DNA from: Nemertoderma westbladi
Taxonomy: Eukaryota > Animalia > Xenacoelomorpha
Length of the DNA: 64,000 bases
Assembly: GCA_032718475.1 (NCBI GenBank)
Contig: JAUCBJ010007011.1
Span: 1 to 64,000 of the forward strand
Direction: 5' to 3'
Numbering within the stretch: position 1 is the stretch's first letter; the number at the start of each line of letters is the position of its first letter. Below are positions 1 to 12,600 of this stretch, one piece after another. A program made the translations under genes and the position numbers. The notes beneath the pieces were generated by a model. The model searched no databases. It was not told the DNA's origin and saw only the letters and a program-made list of their open reading frames with translations.

Positions 1-992
1 TAAGTAAATTAAACTTGGTTAAAATAAAATGTATTGTAGTATTGTTTGTAAAATATCGATCATTTATTTACCTCACTAGTAAAAAATAATGCAATATTGA
101 AAAAATTGCTTTTTTATCTACTTGAGCAGAGCTGGAAGGGTATTTTTTTCTTCAAATTTTAAAGTAAAAGTATCCTGCACTTAAATTCGAAAACTAAAAG
201 TACACATTGCAGTATTATACACTATTACATTAGTCAAATCGAAAGATATCGAAATTAAATTTCGGTAAGGAACAAAAGTACACTCAGCATTCACTCGACC
301 CTTTATTAACGTAGCTGGCGCTCGGAAAATAAAATGCCTCGAGAATAGTTCATGAATTTTTCAAATTATGTGCAAACCTATTCTATTCAAAAAAAATACA
401 ATAAGTAAAGTAAAAACAATAAGTAAAGTTTTGACTTTTGATTAAAAGTTAAATACATTTTTATTCCTAAATTATTATTTTTTTGCTCGAATATACCTCA
501 AAATTTAGAGAAAAGGATTCACTTTTTTCCCTACGGAAAAAAGTAACCCATAGATTGAATTGCATTGATTTTACTTTTATTCCCAGCGAAAAAAGTAAAA
601 TAAAATATTTATGGTGGCATTCTTCTTAAATTTTATTACATATATTGAAAGAGCATCGACGTAGAAATGGTTTGCACGTAATTTGAGCAAAATTCTGAAC
701 GCACTCAAAAGTTATTGCAAATTTAGTGTCTGCGCGGCGTACTCTAAAACGGAACTCAATATCCAATATTGGTTTATGTAGTTAAGCGGCTCTCTAGTTA
801 CGTAACAAATATTCGAGAACACTAAATTATTTAACATTGAGTAAGGGAACATCATTAGTTGAAGAGTACAATAATTTGAATCGCAGTAACTATGGAAGCA
901 ATATAGTAAAATATTGCAGTTCAATTGATTTTCTAACAATATATCTCTCTATCTATTATTAAAGAATTGAGCAACAAAAAGTACCAAATTAA

Positions 993-2685
993 GGGGGGGG
1001 GGGGGGGGGGGGGGGTCACTAATTCCTAAAAAAAATCGATTTTTCAGTTACAATCCTCTAGTGCAGATTTTTATAAGGATTTCAAAATTTCAAACCGTTT
1101 GTTAACTAACAGCTAATGTAGTTCAAAAGTTATGAGTGATAACGTTAACCTTACTCTGTGTAAATGTCTGTGAAAAGTGTCTGTCTGGGATAGTGTTTCT
1201 GACAGTTTGTCTGTCAAAGTATAACAAAAGCATTCATCTTAGCTAAAGGTTTTGTAATGGTGGTTTTCATTGTGGCTGATATCATTCCAAACCTAAACGT
1301 TACAAGGGAACGACACGCCGTCCTAAGGGGATTTTGGAACATTATGATTTTATGAGTTAAAGGCTGGAAAACTGGAAATCGATCGGATTATAAATAAATC
1401 AATGTTTAGATCACGAGGAGAGTCCCCAGCTTTTAACTCATAAAATCATTCCAAACGTCAGTTTTCACTTTTATCGAAAACTATTATGTCTTTAAGTCTG
1501 TATGTCAGTCTGTCTGTCTGTCCGACAATCTGTCTGTCAAAATATAAGGACATCATACCATCAAGCTAAAACTTTTTGTTGTGGTTTTCCTGGTCGCTGA
1601 TTTCAATTCCGATGTCAGTTTTCATATTTAGAGAAGTGTATTATGTCTGTCTGTCGGTCTGTCTGTATGTCCGTCTGTCTGCCTGTCAAAATTTAGGAAA
1701 GCATTCCACCAAGCTAAAAGTTTTTTGGGGTTATCCTGGCTGCTGATTTCATTTCCGACGTCAGTTTTCACTTTTAACCAAACCTACTATGTCTGTCTGT
1801 CGGTTTTTCTGTCTGTCCAGCGATCTGTCTGTCAAAGTAATAGGAAAGCATACCAACTAGCTAAAATTTTGTTATGGGGGTTTTTATGGTTGGTGATTTC
1901 ATTTCCGATGTCAGTTTTCATGTATTACGTCATCAACATTGTCTGTTTGTCTGTTAAGCTGTCGGTCATATTTTGAAGGACAGACCGACAGCAATTCAGA
2001 CCGATATGACGCATTCAAGTGAGAAAACTGACTTCAGAAATTAAATCAACGACCCGGAAAACCCTTGCAACAACATTTTCAGCTGGTTGTGTGCATTCTA
2101 ACATTTGAATTAATTAAATTACCCCAACGATAAACTTTAAATGCGTTTTCTGAAGAATGCAAATTTTAAATTTCGAAATGCAAAGGCTTTTCCAAAAATG
2201 AACGAATTCTAGTGAAATTTGGCACGAATGGATGACTGGGTGATACTTAACACCTCCTATTACTATTACCACTTTTTAATTTTCTTTGTTATAGCTGAAA
2301 TATTTAACAAAATGTTGCAATTTTTGGCCAAAAATTGCGAAATCTGTCAAAAATCCGTCAAAAATTCGGTTTTTTTAATAATTTTTGAACGGAAGCATTT
2401 ATCAAAATTTTGGTAATAGAATCGATTCACGATATCAATGTGCACAAATGATGAAATTTTGGCACTTGATGACCACATCCCTCTAAAAGCCTTTGCATTT
2501 AAAAAAATAATTGCATAAATTATGTTAATTAGGACAAAATTAAAAATTTCGAAAAAATTTTTTTTAATTTTTTTCCACATATTGTAAACAAGTGTGCAAA
2601 ACATCAATTAATTTGGATAAAATCCAGTCTCCAAAATAAGGGAATGAAAAGTTTTAGTTAATTAGTGACCCCCCCCCCCTCCCCC
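993..2685. mobile_element. Non-autonomous TIR DNA element flanked by TTAA (Kolobok-like)
   Basis: Left end TTAA(989-992)|G-run-GTCACTAATT; right end AATTAGTGAC-C-run|TTAA(2686-2689). These are inverted termini with TTAA on both sides. No credible ORF inside. Confidence 0.6.
1180..2065. repeat. Degenerate ~140-150 bp repeat with (CTGT)n microsatellite, about 4 direct copies plus 1 inverted copy
   Basis: Core GGTTTTCCTGGTCGCTGATTTCATTTCCGAYGTCAGTTTTCA recurs near 1262, 1583, 1728 and 1878, and inverted near 2023-2063. The same family occurs at ~31790-32015. Confidence 0.7.
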
Positions 2686-3865
2686 TTAAGAATAAAATTA
2701 CCTATTTTAACATATTTTTTCAATATTCTCTCGACCCTTTATTAATCTCGATGGCGCTCGCTAAATAAAATGCCTCGAGAATAATGAAATAAAAGTTCTA
2801 CTTGTTTCCCCATGTAATAAATAATTATTTATCCTCCGATATCGATGTATTTTATTGACCTCGCTTGCTATGCTATCCTCCATCGCTCGGAAAATTATCT
2901 CGGGTTAAACTGAAAAAAGCTAATAAATAAAAATATTGATTATCAATAATAAATTATTACCATGAAATATTTTAGCTGAGTTAGACAGCGTTATTCACCC
3001 TGAGACCAGTCTGGGATTTATTTGTCAAGATAACTTTTTATTCTTATTCTTATTTAAATATTTCTCGAGTCCCACTACACCAAACCATACATACCATTAT
3101 ATAATAGAACATGAGATTACTGCACAGTAAAAGCAATAGGTGCTAGGCGCAATGGGACCGGTTTAAAAACTAATTTATATTTTAAGTTTATTTACTGTTA
3201 TATAGTTCGGGTTGGTTTAGATTATAGCGGGGAAAACAGCCCAATTGCGCACAACATATACGAAAGGAATATAAAATTAATTAATAAACTTACTCTAATG
3301 ATTAAAGGTAATAAATAAGTTAAAAAGCACAATAATAATAGGTTAAGTAAAGTCAACGCTTGGCCATCACAGCGAGGAATTAGAATTGCTGTTTATAATA
3401 AAGTGATCACCTTTCAAAGCTAATATTGGCAGAACAGTATTGACAACCGTGACAGGACAATTGCCCCCAATGACATTTACCAACTAAACAATAAGTTGCC
3501 CCGAGGAAAATTGCAAAATAAATAAGGTCACTTGTTATATAACATTAAAAAATAATTTTATTTAGCTACTAAGTCCGTTTTATATTTAATAAAACATCAC
3601 CATGTTTGCTTATATTTATGTGCTCAATAATTCGGATATTTTCTAACTGAAGTATTTCATTACCATAAAAACAAAATGTTATCGCACTGAAGCCATTAAA
3701 TTATGTCATAAAAAAAGCTATAGCTAGCAAAAGTCAATCAAATTGTTAAAAAAAATCGTGGGATATATTTTGAAAAACACAAAGAATTAAAAGTTTAGAA
3801 GTGTTGGTCAAGGTTAATATTTTAACTTGAATTTCATAAAACCATAGGAAAACATTCAATTGTTT

Positions 3866-4813
3866 TCAATTGTCCGGGTGGCAAATGTCCGGGTGGCAAT
3901 TGTCCGGGTGGTAATTTTGTCCGCGTGGCAATTGTCCGCGGGGCAATTGTCCGGCGGGCAATTGTCCGGTGTGCAATTGAATTGTCCGGTGTGCAATTGA
4001 ATTGTCCGGTGTGCAATTGAATTGTCCGGGGGGCAATTATCCGGGGGGCAATTGTCCGGGTGGCAATTGTCTGGGGGGCAATTGTCCGGGGGGCAATTGT
4101 CCGGGGGGCAATTGTCCGGGGGGCAATTGTCCGGGGGGCAATTGTCCGGGGGGCAATTGTCCGGGGGCCAATTGTCCGGGGGCCAATTGTCCGGGGGGCA
4201 ATTGTCCGGGGGGCAATTGTCCGGGGGGCAATTGTCCGGGGGGCATTGTCCGGGGGGAAATTGTCCGGGGGGAAATTGTCCAGGGGGCATTGTCCGGGGG
4301 GAAATTGTCCAGGGGGAAATTGTCCGGGGAGCAATTGTCCGGGGGGCAATTGTTCGGGGGGCAATTGTCATGGGGGCAATTGTCCGGGGGGCAATTGTCC
4401 GGGGGGCAATTGTACGGGGGGCAATTGTCCGGGGGGCAATGGTCCGGGGGGGGGGGGAATTGTCCGGGGGGCAATTGTCCGGGGGGCAATTGTCCGGGGG
4501 GCAATTGTCCGGGGGGCAATTGTCCGGGGGGCAATTGTCCGGGGGCCAATTGTCCGGGGGGCATTGTCCGGGGGGAAATTGTCCAGGGGGAAATTGTCCG
4601 GGGAGCAATTGTCCGGGGGGCAATTGTTCGGGGGGCAATTGTCATGGGGGCAATTGTCCGGGGGGCAATTGTCCGGGGGGCAATTGTCCGGGGGGCAATT
4701 GTCCGGGGGGCAATTGTACGGGGGGAATTGTCCGGGGGGCAATGGTCCGGGGGGGGGGAATTGTCCGGGGGGCAATTGTCCGGGGGGCAATTGTTCGGGG
4801 GGCAATAATTGTC
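3866..4813. repeat. 15-bp G-rich minisatellite (CAATTGTCCGGGGGG)n
   Basis: Directly visible tandem array of roughly 60 units; one inverted unit (GGACAATTGCCCCC) lies at ~3455-3468. Confidence 0.95.
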
Positions 4814-4916
4814 CTAGTTCTATTGGCAAAACATTGAAATTCAATATTATTTAATGATATCAGTCGTACTAATGCAGTCAATGATAACCAACATATTTAA
4901 CTGTTTAAAGACAATT

Positions 4917-6000
4917 TTATAGATAGGTTGTGTTGCTTTGATTGTCCTCGGTATTCAATGTCAAATGATCGACGGATGTAGACAAGACTGGAGATTGTCT
5001 TCCGGGAGATTGTCTGGAGTCAGGAGATTGTCGAGAAGGAGAATACAGCGATGGGGATTGCCGCGAAGAAGGAGAGAGTCTGGGGGATTGCCGCGATGGT
5101 GATTGCCGCGAAGAAGGAGAGTGTCTGGGGGATTGCCGCGACGGGTTGTGGAGAGAAGGAGAAAGACGTACCAACAAATTGGACTGCTCCATGGAACTAA
5201 TCATAGACATAATGGGTTTAATTACGTTGAGCAGTTGCATACAAACTTCGGACAGGTTCGTCTCGGTCTTAGACACGGCAATAACTCCGGACCCACTGTC
5301 GATACTCGCGGCATTCTCCGCGGCAAAGCAAAGCGCGAAATCCAGGACGTCTCGATCGTCGTCCGCCCGCAGACAGAAGCCCCAGACTCCGGAGCGGTTC
5401 GCTTTAATAATCCCGAGGGCGTTCGAGTAATCCTTGTTGTGGAGGTTCGTGAGAACCAGTCGTCGTAAACCGTCCGCGTCGGTGACTCCGGTATCCGGAC
5501 ACACGCCGGACAGCGTCCGGGACGCCGCAGACAACTCGACCCGCAGACTGCTAATCTTTTCGGAAAGATCGAGAAACTCCTGGGTTTTCGTGAGAGAGAC
5601 CAGCTGACCCAACAGTTTACAGTAGCAATGGAACAGGAATATCAGCTGGAAGAACAATTTGTAAACGGACCTACCGAGATCCGATTGGGTTTGCGAATCT
5701 CGAGAAGTTTCCTCGTCGCCAACTGAGTTCTTCGCGATCTGCAACATCTTGAAGGCGCAGGTGTACTGCAACTCGTAGTTCTCCCAGTGTTCTTGCAGCT
5801 CCAACGTACCGAACTTGTGTTGGTCTATAATCACCGCCATGGTTTTACTGTTGACGTACACGAAGGGGCATTCCACCTGCAGGATTACGTTGTCTAGCAT
5901 CCTAACGAACTGGGTGGATATCGCGCCGTACGGCCCGATTAATCGGCTGCACGAGCCCCGAACTATACTGCAGAATTCCGCCTTGACACCCCGGAACAAC
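4917..6000 (-). CDS. fry: Furry/FRY-like protein, last coding exon (C-terminal domain and SP-rich tail)
   Basis: Minus-strand acceptor tttttccccag|G at 6001/6000. The phase joins the upstream AG to give AGG(R), then LFRGV. The segment ECPFVYVN..HKFGTLELQEHWENY..YKLFFQLIFLF resembles the Furry C-terminus. Confidence 0.9.
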
Positions 6001-6554
6001 CTGGGGAAAAAATATAGTAAGATTATTACAGAGTAGCTCTTTATTAAAAGTACATTCTCGTTTTTCTCAAATAATTAGGCAGTAATTATTAACCAGCCAA
6101 AAGAGTATAGGGGTAGCCATTATTTTTAAAAGTTACATAAAATTATTCATTTCCCAATCCAACTGACTTATACCATAAAATATACGAACGAGACCAGGTA
6201 GAAAAACTGCTAAAAAGTAAAACTAGTTTTAGTTAATTTATTATTATTGCGTATTAGAATCTAATCCGTAATTTCGATGTTAAATTTACCTTTGAATAAG
6301 TAAAACTCTAACGAAGTATAACAAATAGAAATAATCTTTATGTGATGTGATACTGTAATATTATTATACCGAGTTCATAAGGAAGTTCTAATTTACGCCG
6401 CTAGGGGGTGTGCCTGCTCTAGTGTTCTCCGCGTTGTGAGGCGAATGATAAATATTGATAATAAATAAATTACCGTAATAGTTGTTTTTAATAAAAAAAA
6501 AGAATGTGAAAATCAATAAATACACAATTATAATTACAATTAGCTGAACATTGA

Positions 6555-6627
6555 GCTGGAGTAGTTCAGTGGAAGGGCGAATCACACGGCTTGTTAGAGG
6601 TCCCAGGTTCGAATCCTGGTCCCAGCA
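6555..6627 (+). pseudogene. tRNA-derived pseudogene or SINE head inside the furry intron
   Basis: 73 nt. Acceptor stem GCTGGAG/TCCCAGC+A, A-box TAGTTCAGTGG, perfect T-arm CCAGG-TTCGAAT-CCTGG. The anticodon arm is mispaired and lacks U33. An A-rich stretch follows. Confidence 0.7.
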
Positions 6628-6698
6628 TTAATTAAAAATAAAAAAAATTGAAAATAAAATTAATTTAATTACTAATAATAATATAAATAACTGTTTAC

Positions 6699-9600
6699 CT
6701 TGAGAAGAGTAGGAAAGAGTTAACTGCTACTGCGAGGGAGTTGTTTGTCTCCCGTAGGAGGCTGGTTACGTGTTGTTTCCACACATCGAGGGGCGGACAG
6801 TGTTCCGATATCGAGGTCATTGTCGTCGCCACGGGGATGGCCGAAACATCGCCGCCCTTCGGCACTGGGGTCGAGTGGAGCAACGGGAGGGGGGAACCCA
6901 TCATAGAGAGACCGAGGCCGCTCGATTCGGTAGGGTAGGGCGGAGGCGGAGTCGAGGCGCGACTGTCGTCGTCTGAACTCGCGTCGTCCGTCGCACTCGA
7001 CTTAACCAACGCGGTGAACGCGCCGTCCCTTTGGCTGTCGGTTTCCTCCCCCGCCGCCAGACTCTCCACCGAGTGCTGTCGGTGCACGCCGCCCCAACGG
7101 AACCCGTCGTCCTCCGACTCGAGTTCCACGTCGAGGAAGTCGAAATCCCGGAGGATTATCAGCGGGTTATCCTCGGGCGGACTCGATCCGTCCGCGTCGA
7201 TCGCTTGCGTCGAGGATTCCACACCGATGGCGACCGTGTCCTCGCTGCTCGAGTAGGTGCTCGGCTGTCGGTCCAACGCGATGTCCGACGCCGAACTGAA
7301 GACAACCGACGGGCTCTGCGGCAACCCGGTGTTGATCCCGTAACAGTTGCGGATGGATACGATCCGCTCTTTGGTTCTCCGCTGCGACTGCTGCGGTTTC
7401 CTCCACGGCGATATAATCGGCAGCGAGTTGGGATGAGGGTCAATCTGCACCGTGTGCCGGTCCTCCGGGGGGTGGGGCTTCAGACTGAGACTGCTGACGG
7501 GGACTTTCTGGCCGACCAACGGCAGTGTGTTGACGTCGAAGTCGAAAGCGATTGTTTTACCTGGAAGTTCCCGCTTAAATATTATCTGAGGTTTGTCGTC
7601 GTAGGCTGTCGTCGAAGTCATGGTTACATTCTCTATCGAAGGCGTCGGTGTCACTAGACTCGAAGATCGAATAACAACACCCTTTAACGTCTTCAAAGAT
7701 TCCCTCCATGATGGACAGAGAAGGATCTTAACGAGATTTCGCATGAGATTTGGGTTCAACAACTGGTTGGGGACACAGTTGATGTCGATATGCTGGACAA
7801 TGCAGTACAGGACATGTAGAGAAGGTTGCTGGATCACGGTGGGCCCCTTTTCAATGATATCAATAAGAAACAAAGCGAGACAGAAGATGAAGGGCTGAAA
7901 GGCTTCGCAGAGGTACTTGCAAACAGCTTGAACCCAGGCGGCAGAGTCTTTATTGTAGGACTTGTGTTTGTAAACGTCCATCATAGTAGCCAAGTTATCA
8001 AGCGTCGACGCGAGCTTTGTATTACTCGGGGACACATTGCTGCACACTTTCTCGATGTTGGAACTAATATCTAAGCAAAGTTTATCAGGGGTATCGAAAT
8101 TCACCATAAGGGTGGGTAACATGGCGGTTATATTCATTGCGAGACCTCTGTCTGCGATGGGGTCAATAATTTTAAGGGAAGAAAACTGTGTTAGACTGGC
8201 CGCCATCTTCAGTGTCATATCGAACGTGGCTGGGAGTGTCAACCCCTTGAGCAGCAGCGTGTGCAACCCCGGGTACTCAATCCATTTCATTTCGTTGAGT
8301 AAATGTTGCAGTTGTCGTTTGGTGTTATCCTTAGTGAGGTCGATGGCTTCTAGAACGCGTTTGAGCAGTCGTAAAGCCAATTGAAACTCGTGCTCGTAGT
8401 CGGACTCTAACATACCGACGGAGATCCAGAATAACTGGTTGATCAGGATGCTTCTATCCTCGCATGCAGACCTGGAGCCGTGGTGTTCCACCCCGAAGTG
8501 TAAGTCTATAGCGCTCTTCGCACGGCCATCAGATCTCTTAGACTCCTTTGTGTAGTTAGGGTTGTAATATGAGCAGCGACGCCTCGCCTTCACGGAATCC
8601 CCTTGGGCTTCAATATCCTCCGACACTGCGCGAGTTAAATCAATTGGTTTCTCATCAGAATCTTTAAGATACTCAACTTGTTTAACGGCTTTCAGTTCTG
8701 TGATAGGAGAGAGTTTCTCTATCTTCACGTCGTCTTCAATAATCTTAATGTCAATCATATTCACGTCTATGGGAAGGTTGTTGAGAGAATTCTCCAGAGT
8801 GAGAATAATTTCGGTAACATAGCCCTGAACTTCGTCGGACTGGTCTCCGATCGTTTCGACTAACCTCGTTAAAATATCTGAGATCATTTGTTGATTCAGG
8901 GGGATGTTGAGACTTCGGAATAGTTGAAACGACCTGCCGGCGTAATGTCTGGAGCTGGAAGACAGGGCGTGTTGGAGGGCAACCCTGCCCCACTGCCCAA
9001 CAAACCGGCTGGAGCACTCAGACTGGCATATTATATTAGACACACAATCTACAAACTTACTCAACTGGTGTTCCGATGATATTTGCGTCAGTTTCGATGT
9101 AATATCCTCGCACACCCACAGAGGTTTTCCTTTTCTAGCCATCAAAAGATAAATTAGATTAGCAGCCGCATTCTGAATCGAAGAATTTGAATTTATCGTA
9201 ATGTCAGTCAGGGTGGTTTCGCAAGATGTCGCCTGACTCGATGCACCTGATAAGGGGCTGCTTATGCCCGAAGTAGTTTCACTTTCACCAGCGCCATTGT
9301 ATTGCCCATGCGCCGCTGAAATTGAAAGTTTATCGCTGAATACAAACCTGCGTGAAACGATTTGGCTTTGAGACAAACATGAAGAGTTATTCAATCGGTA
9401 GTAACTCAATACCAGGGAAGATATATTGTGGAAGTCAGCTGATGGGATGGTCATTAGGATTAGGTTGAATAGCATACGTTTACTGTGCTCATGTACCAGT
9501 AAGCGTGAGTGGTCCATTCCGAGTATCAACACGTGGACTAACAACGGCAAATACTCGCGCCAATCAACCGCCTGTATATCCTCGCATATCAAATCGCATA

Positions 9601-12600
9601 GCAACATCATAGCGACGTTACATCTGTAGAGAGAAGTGCTGGAGGTCGTGTGTTCCGACATTAGGAAGGCCAGAGGGTTGTAGAAACCGCCGTTGAGAGG
9701 CATTGGCAGGGGGGTCGAGACACAGCCTTCGGCCTCAACATGGGCTCGCCACTTCAGATATGCCAAGGTGTTGTTTTCTTCGGGGGGTGGGGAAACGGTC
9801 GGTTCCACCACATCTGTCGCCGTGGCGACCGAGCTGCTGACCACAGAGGTTGAGCTACGTACAGTGCCGGAACCGCTGCTCAGGGCTCCACTACTGAGGT
9901 CCTCCGAGTTACTCAGACTCGACTGCTTGCTGTGTCCTTTGGAGCTGCCGCTACTAGCGGTGGAATCGCTTAACATCAGACTGAATCTCTGAAACATTTC
10001 TGGTTTCAGTGTGTCCGAACGCGAAATATCGTTGATATTTTCCGAACGGAAACTCGTTGTTGCCGAAACGTTGCGCTCGTGCTTGTAACTGTCTATAACT
10101 GTGTTGCTACTGGCGCTACTGCAGGTCGTTGAAGTGCTGCTCTTTCTGGCATTCACAATCTCGTAGTACGGAGGGTTATCTGTACGTTCAACAAGCGCAT
10201 TCACCAACTCCACTGACTCGAGCTCCAGGCTTAGTTCGTGAACTGTAGTTGTGGGATTCGCTTTAGCTAGGTAAGCTACAACTTTCTTGCTGTGACCAAG
10301 CAGCTCTCTGTTGGAAGGGGCCGTTGTAAGGCCAATAATAAAGTTGAGAGTTACTCTTAGGTTGCTATGGAAACTGGTGGCAATATTAGCCCAAATACTT
10401 TCCATTTCTTTAGGGTGATTATCTCCATGGACGATAGTTATGTATAGAAGGTTGTTGAGTACCATCGATGTACCTGTCAGTGAACCCCACCCACTGCCAA
10501 CTAAGGGACCTTCTAGAATGGGACTAGATGCAGTCACAGTTTCTTGGCTTTGATTCTGATTGGTTAATAGCGCTAGCCGTGGCCCTGGGGTGCTTGCTAC
10601 CTCCACAGGGATTGTAGGAATTGTACTTTCATCCAACAATTCAATATTAAGCAACCACGGTAGAACCAACTCAAGTATTAATTTACGGAGGTCTGGCCTG
10701 GCCGTGTCTATACGATTACACAATTCCGCTAATACACCTAGAGTTAACTCGACATGATTCCTCGCGAGTTGTTTGGAGAGGAAGTGAGCCGATCTGGAAC
10801 CCGTTTGGTGGAGATACAGGTGGCCTGCGAGGAACGAAGAACCAACGGCGTTGCCAGCATCATGTTGCGGAAACAACTCATTATTCAAGGTGTCGTCTAT
10901 CAGTTGTAGGAGATTGAGAGCAGTTTCCTTGACTACAGTTTGTGCACAAGCAGTTTTTATTAAAGTAATGCAAAGCAAAGGGACTAAATCTAACTGCTGA
11001 CTCAGTAGATTTGAATAAACTGCTGCTAATGCAGAGAAACAGCCGTCTGACACAGAGTGAACACCAATGTAACACCGGTCTAACACCCAATCTACAAGAG
11101 AAACACTATCAGAATTCTCCTGCATCAACATAGTAATAGTTTCGCAGCCCAAACTATGAATAATAGTTTCATTAGACGCCAATACTGAGTCCAACCAATG
11201 GACAAGATAGCAGGCGTCCATAGCCAAAAGGTTCTCATCGAATATTGGTCCGCAGCACAGCACAGCAGCCATTGACCTCAGAGCTTCCAATTCCACGCAC
11301 CTGGAGTATCTATCGTCTTCGAAAGAAGGCTGGCTGCTCAACTTTAAAGCGAATTGTTCGCTCCAATTAGCAAACTGATAGTATAAATTGCGCTGTAAAT
11401 CGTTGGGGAGTAATTTACCGCGCTTTTCGGAAGGGAAACAACGAATAAGTTTCCGTACAAAACTAGTAAAACGCAGTTTCAGCTCGCTGATAGCCTGTAC
11501 GTCCTTTTCAGCTTCGGTGTCGAGGCAGAGTCTGGTGCCAATAATATAGTCAATCAAACATTGGGACAATCGACCCTTACTGTTTGTGCACGCCGCGTAG
11601 CATTCCGCAAACACACCATTACTAGCTATACGTTCTAGAACACTGGCTATAGCAAGCCGAAGATCATTGCGTTTCTTTCTGCGTCGTAAATTCTCTTGTT
11701 TTCTCTCCACAGCCTCTTTAATAAAGGGATGTATCTCCTCCAGAAGATCCGGAAGCGCCCAGCTGTTGGTGTAACCGAAGCCGTGGACAACTGCCTCTCT
11801 CATGTCGGCATTGTCCATCTTTAGTACAGGAATAAGTAATTTGAGTAACGCAGTTGGGCGCGACACAGATACTTGTCTCAGTTCCGCCGCCACTTTCCTT
11901 TCGTGTTGGGCTTCGGCGCCGCCGTGCGCCGGTGGCTGCTGGTTGAGGTTGTGGCTCGGCCTACTGGGGGCTATAGGCGGCGGCACGCAGGAGCACGCCA
12001 CCACCACGTAGTTGCGCCACAGCTGCATCAAAATATCATTAATAACGACCTGTCGTTTGGTGTTCCGCAGAGGGGCTCGGGATATTTCCGTTGGTGAGGT
12101 CGGATCGATGTTTGTGTAGAGGGTTTGTAATCTAGTGTTAACATTGGCCCAGGCGTGGCACGTCGCTAAGTAACAGTGAGTGGGTAGATACTGTTTCGAG
12201 AAGAACTTAGCTAGACAGGTAGACCATGCATCGAATGACGACAGATTTAGAGTACTCTGAACTTGGTCTTTGGGCGAGCTCTCTGTGGACAAGTTGTCAT
12301 AATTAATAGTCGCCCACACATTGCTAGTCCGTTCCGCCAGCCACTGAAGGTCTGGCACAGGGCAGCTTGTAGCCACTATCCTCTCTGTTGGGGAAAGATG
12401 TTCTAGAATAGATTCTAAAACATCCGGTATCGCTTTATCTACAACATCCAGCACAGAAACCTCATCGGGATACAACATTAGGGTGAGGATTTTTACTTCC
12501 TTCAAAACTGAAACGCAATGTCGTCTAGTCATGGGGCGTAAACTGCATAAAGTCACGAGAACAAAACCCTCCAAGGAGACCAACGCTGTGTAATCGCTGT

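Noticed and set aside
3834-4881. Long overlapping ORFs in all six frames (PPGQL, GGNCP, RTIAP repeats)
   Set aside because: They are artefacts of a stop-free 15-bp tandem repeat.
4917-5999. Separate 360-aa gene starting at TTG
   Set aside because: It is preceded by a canonical splice acceptor in the correct phase, so it is furry exon 2.
6555-6627. Functional tRNA gene
   Set aside because: The anticodon stem has two mismatches, U33 is missing, and no T-run terminator follows.
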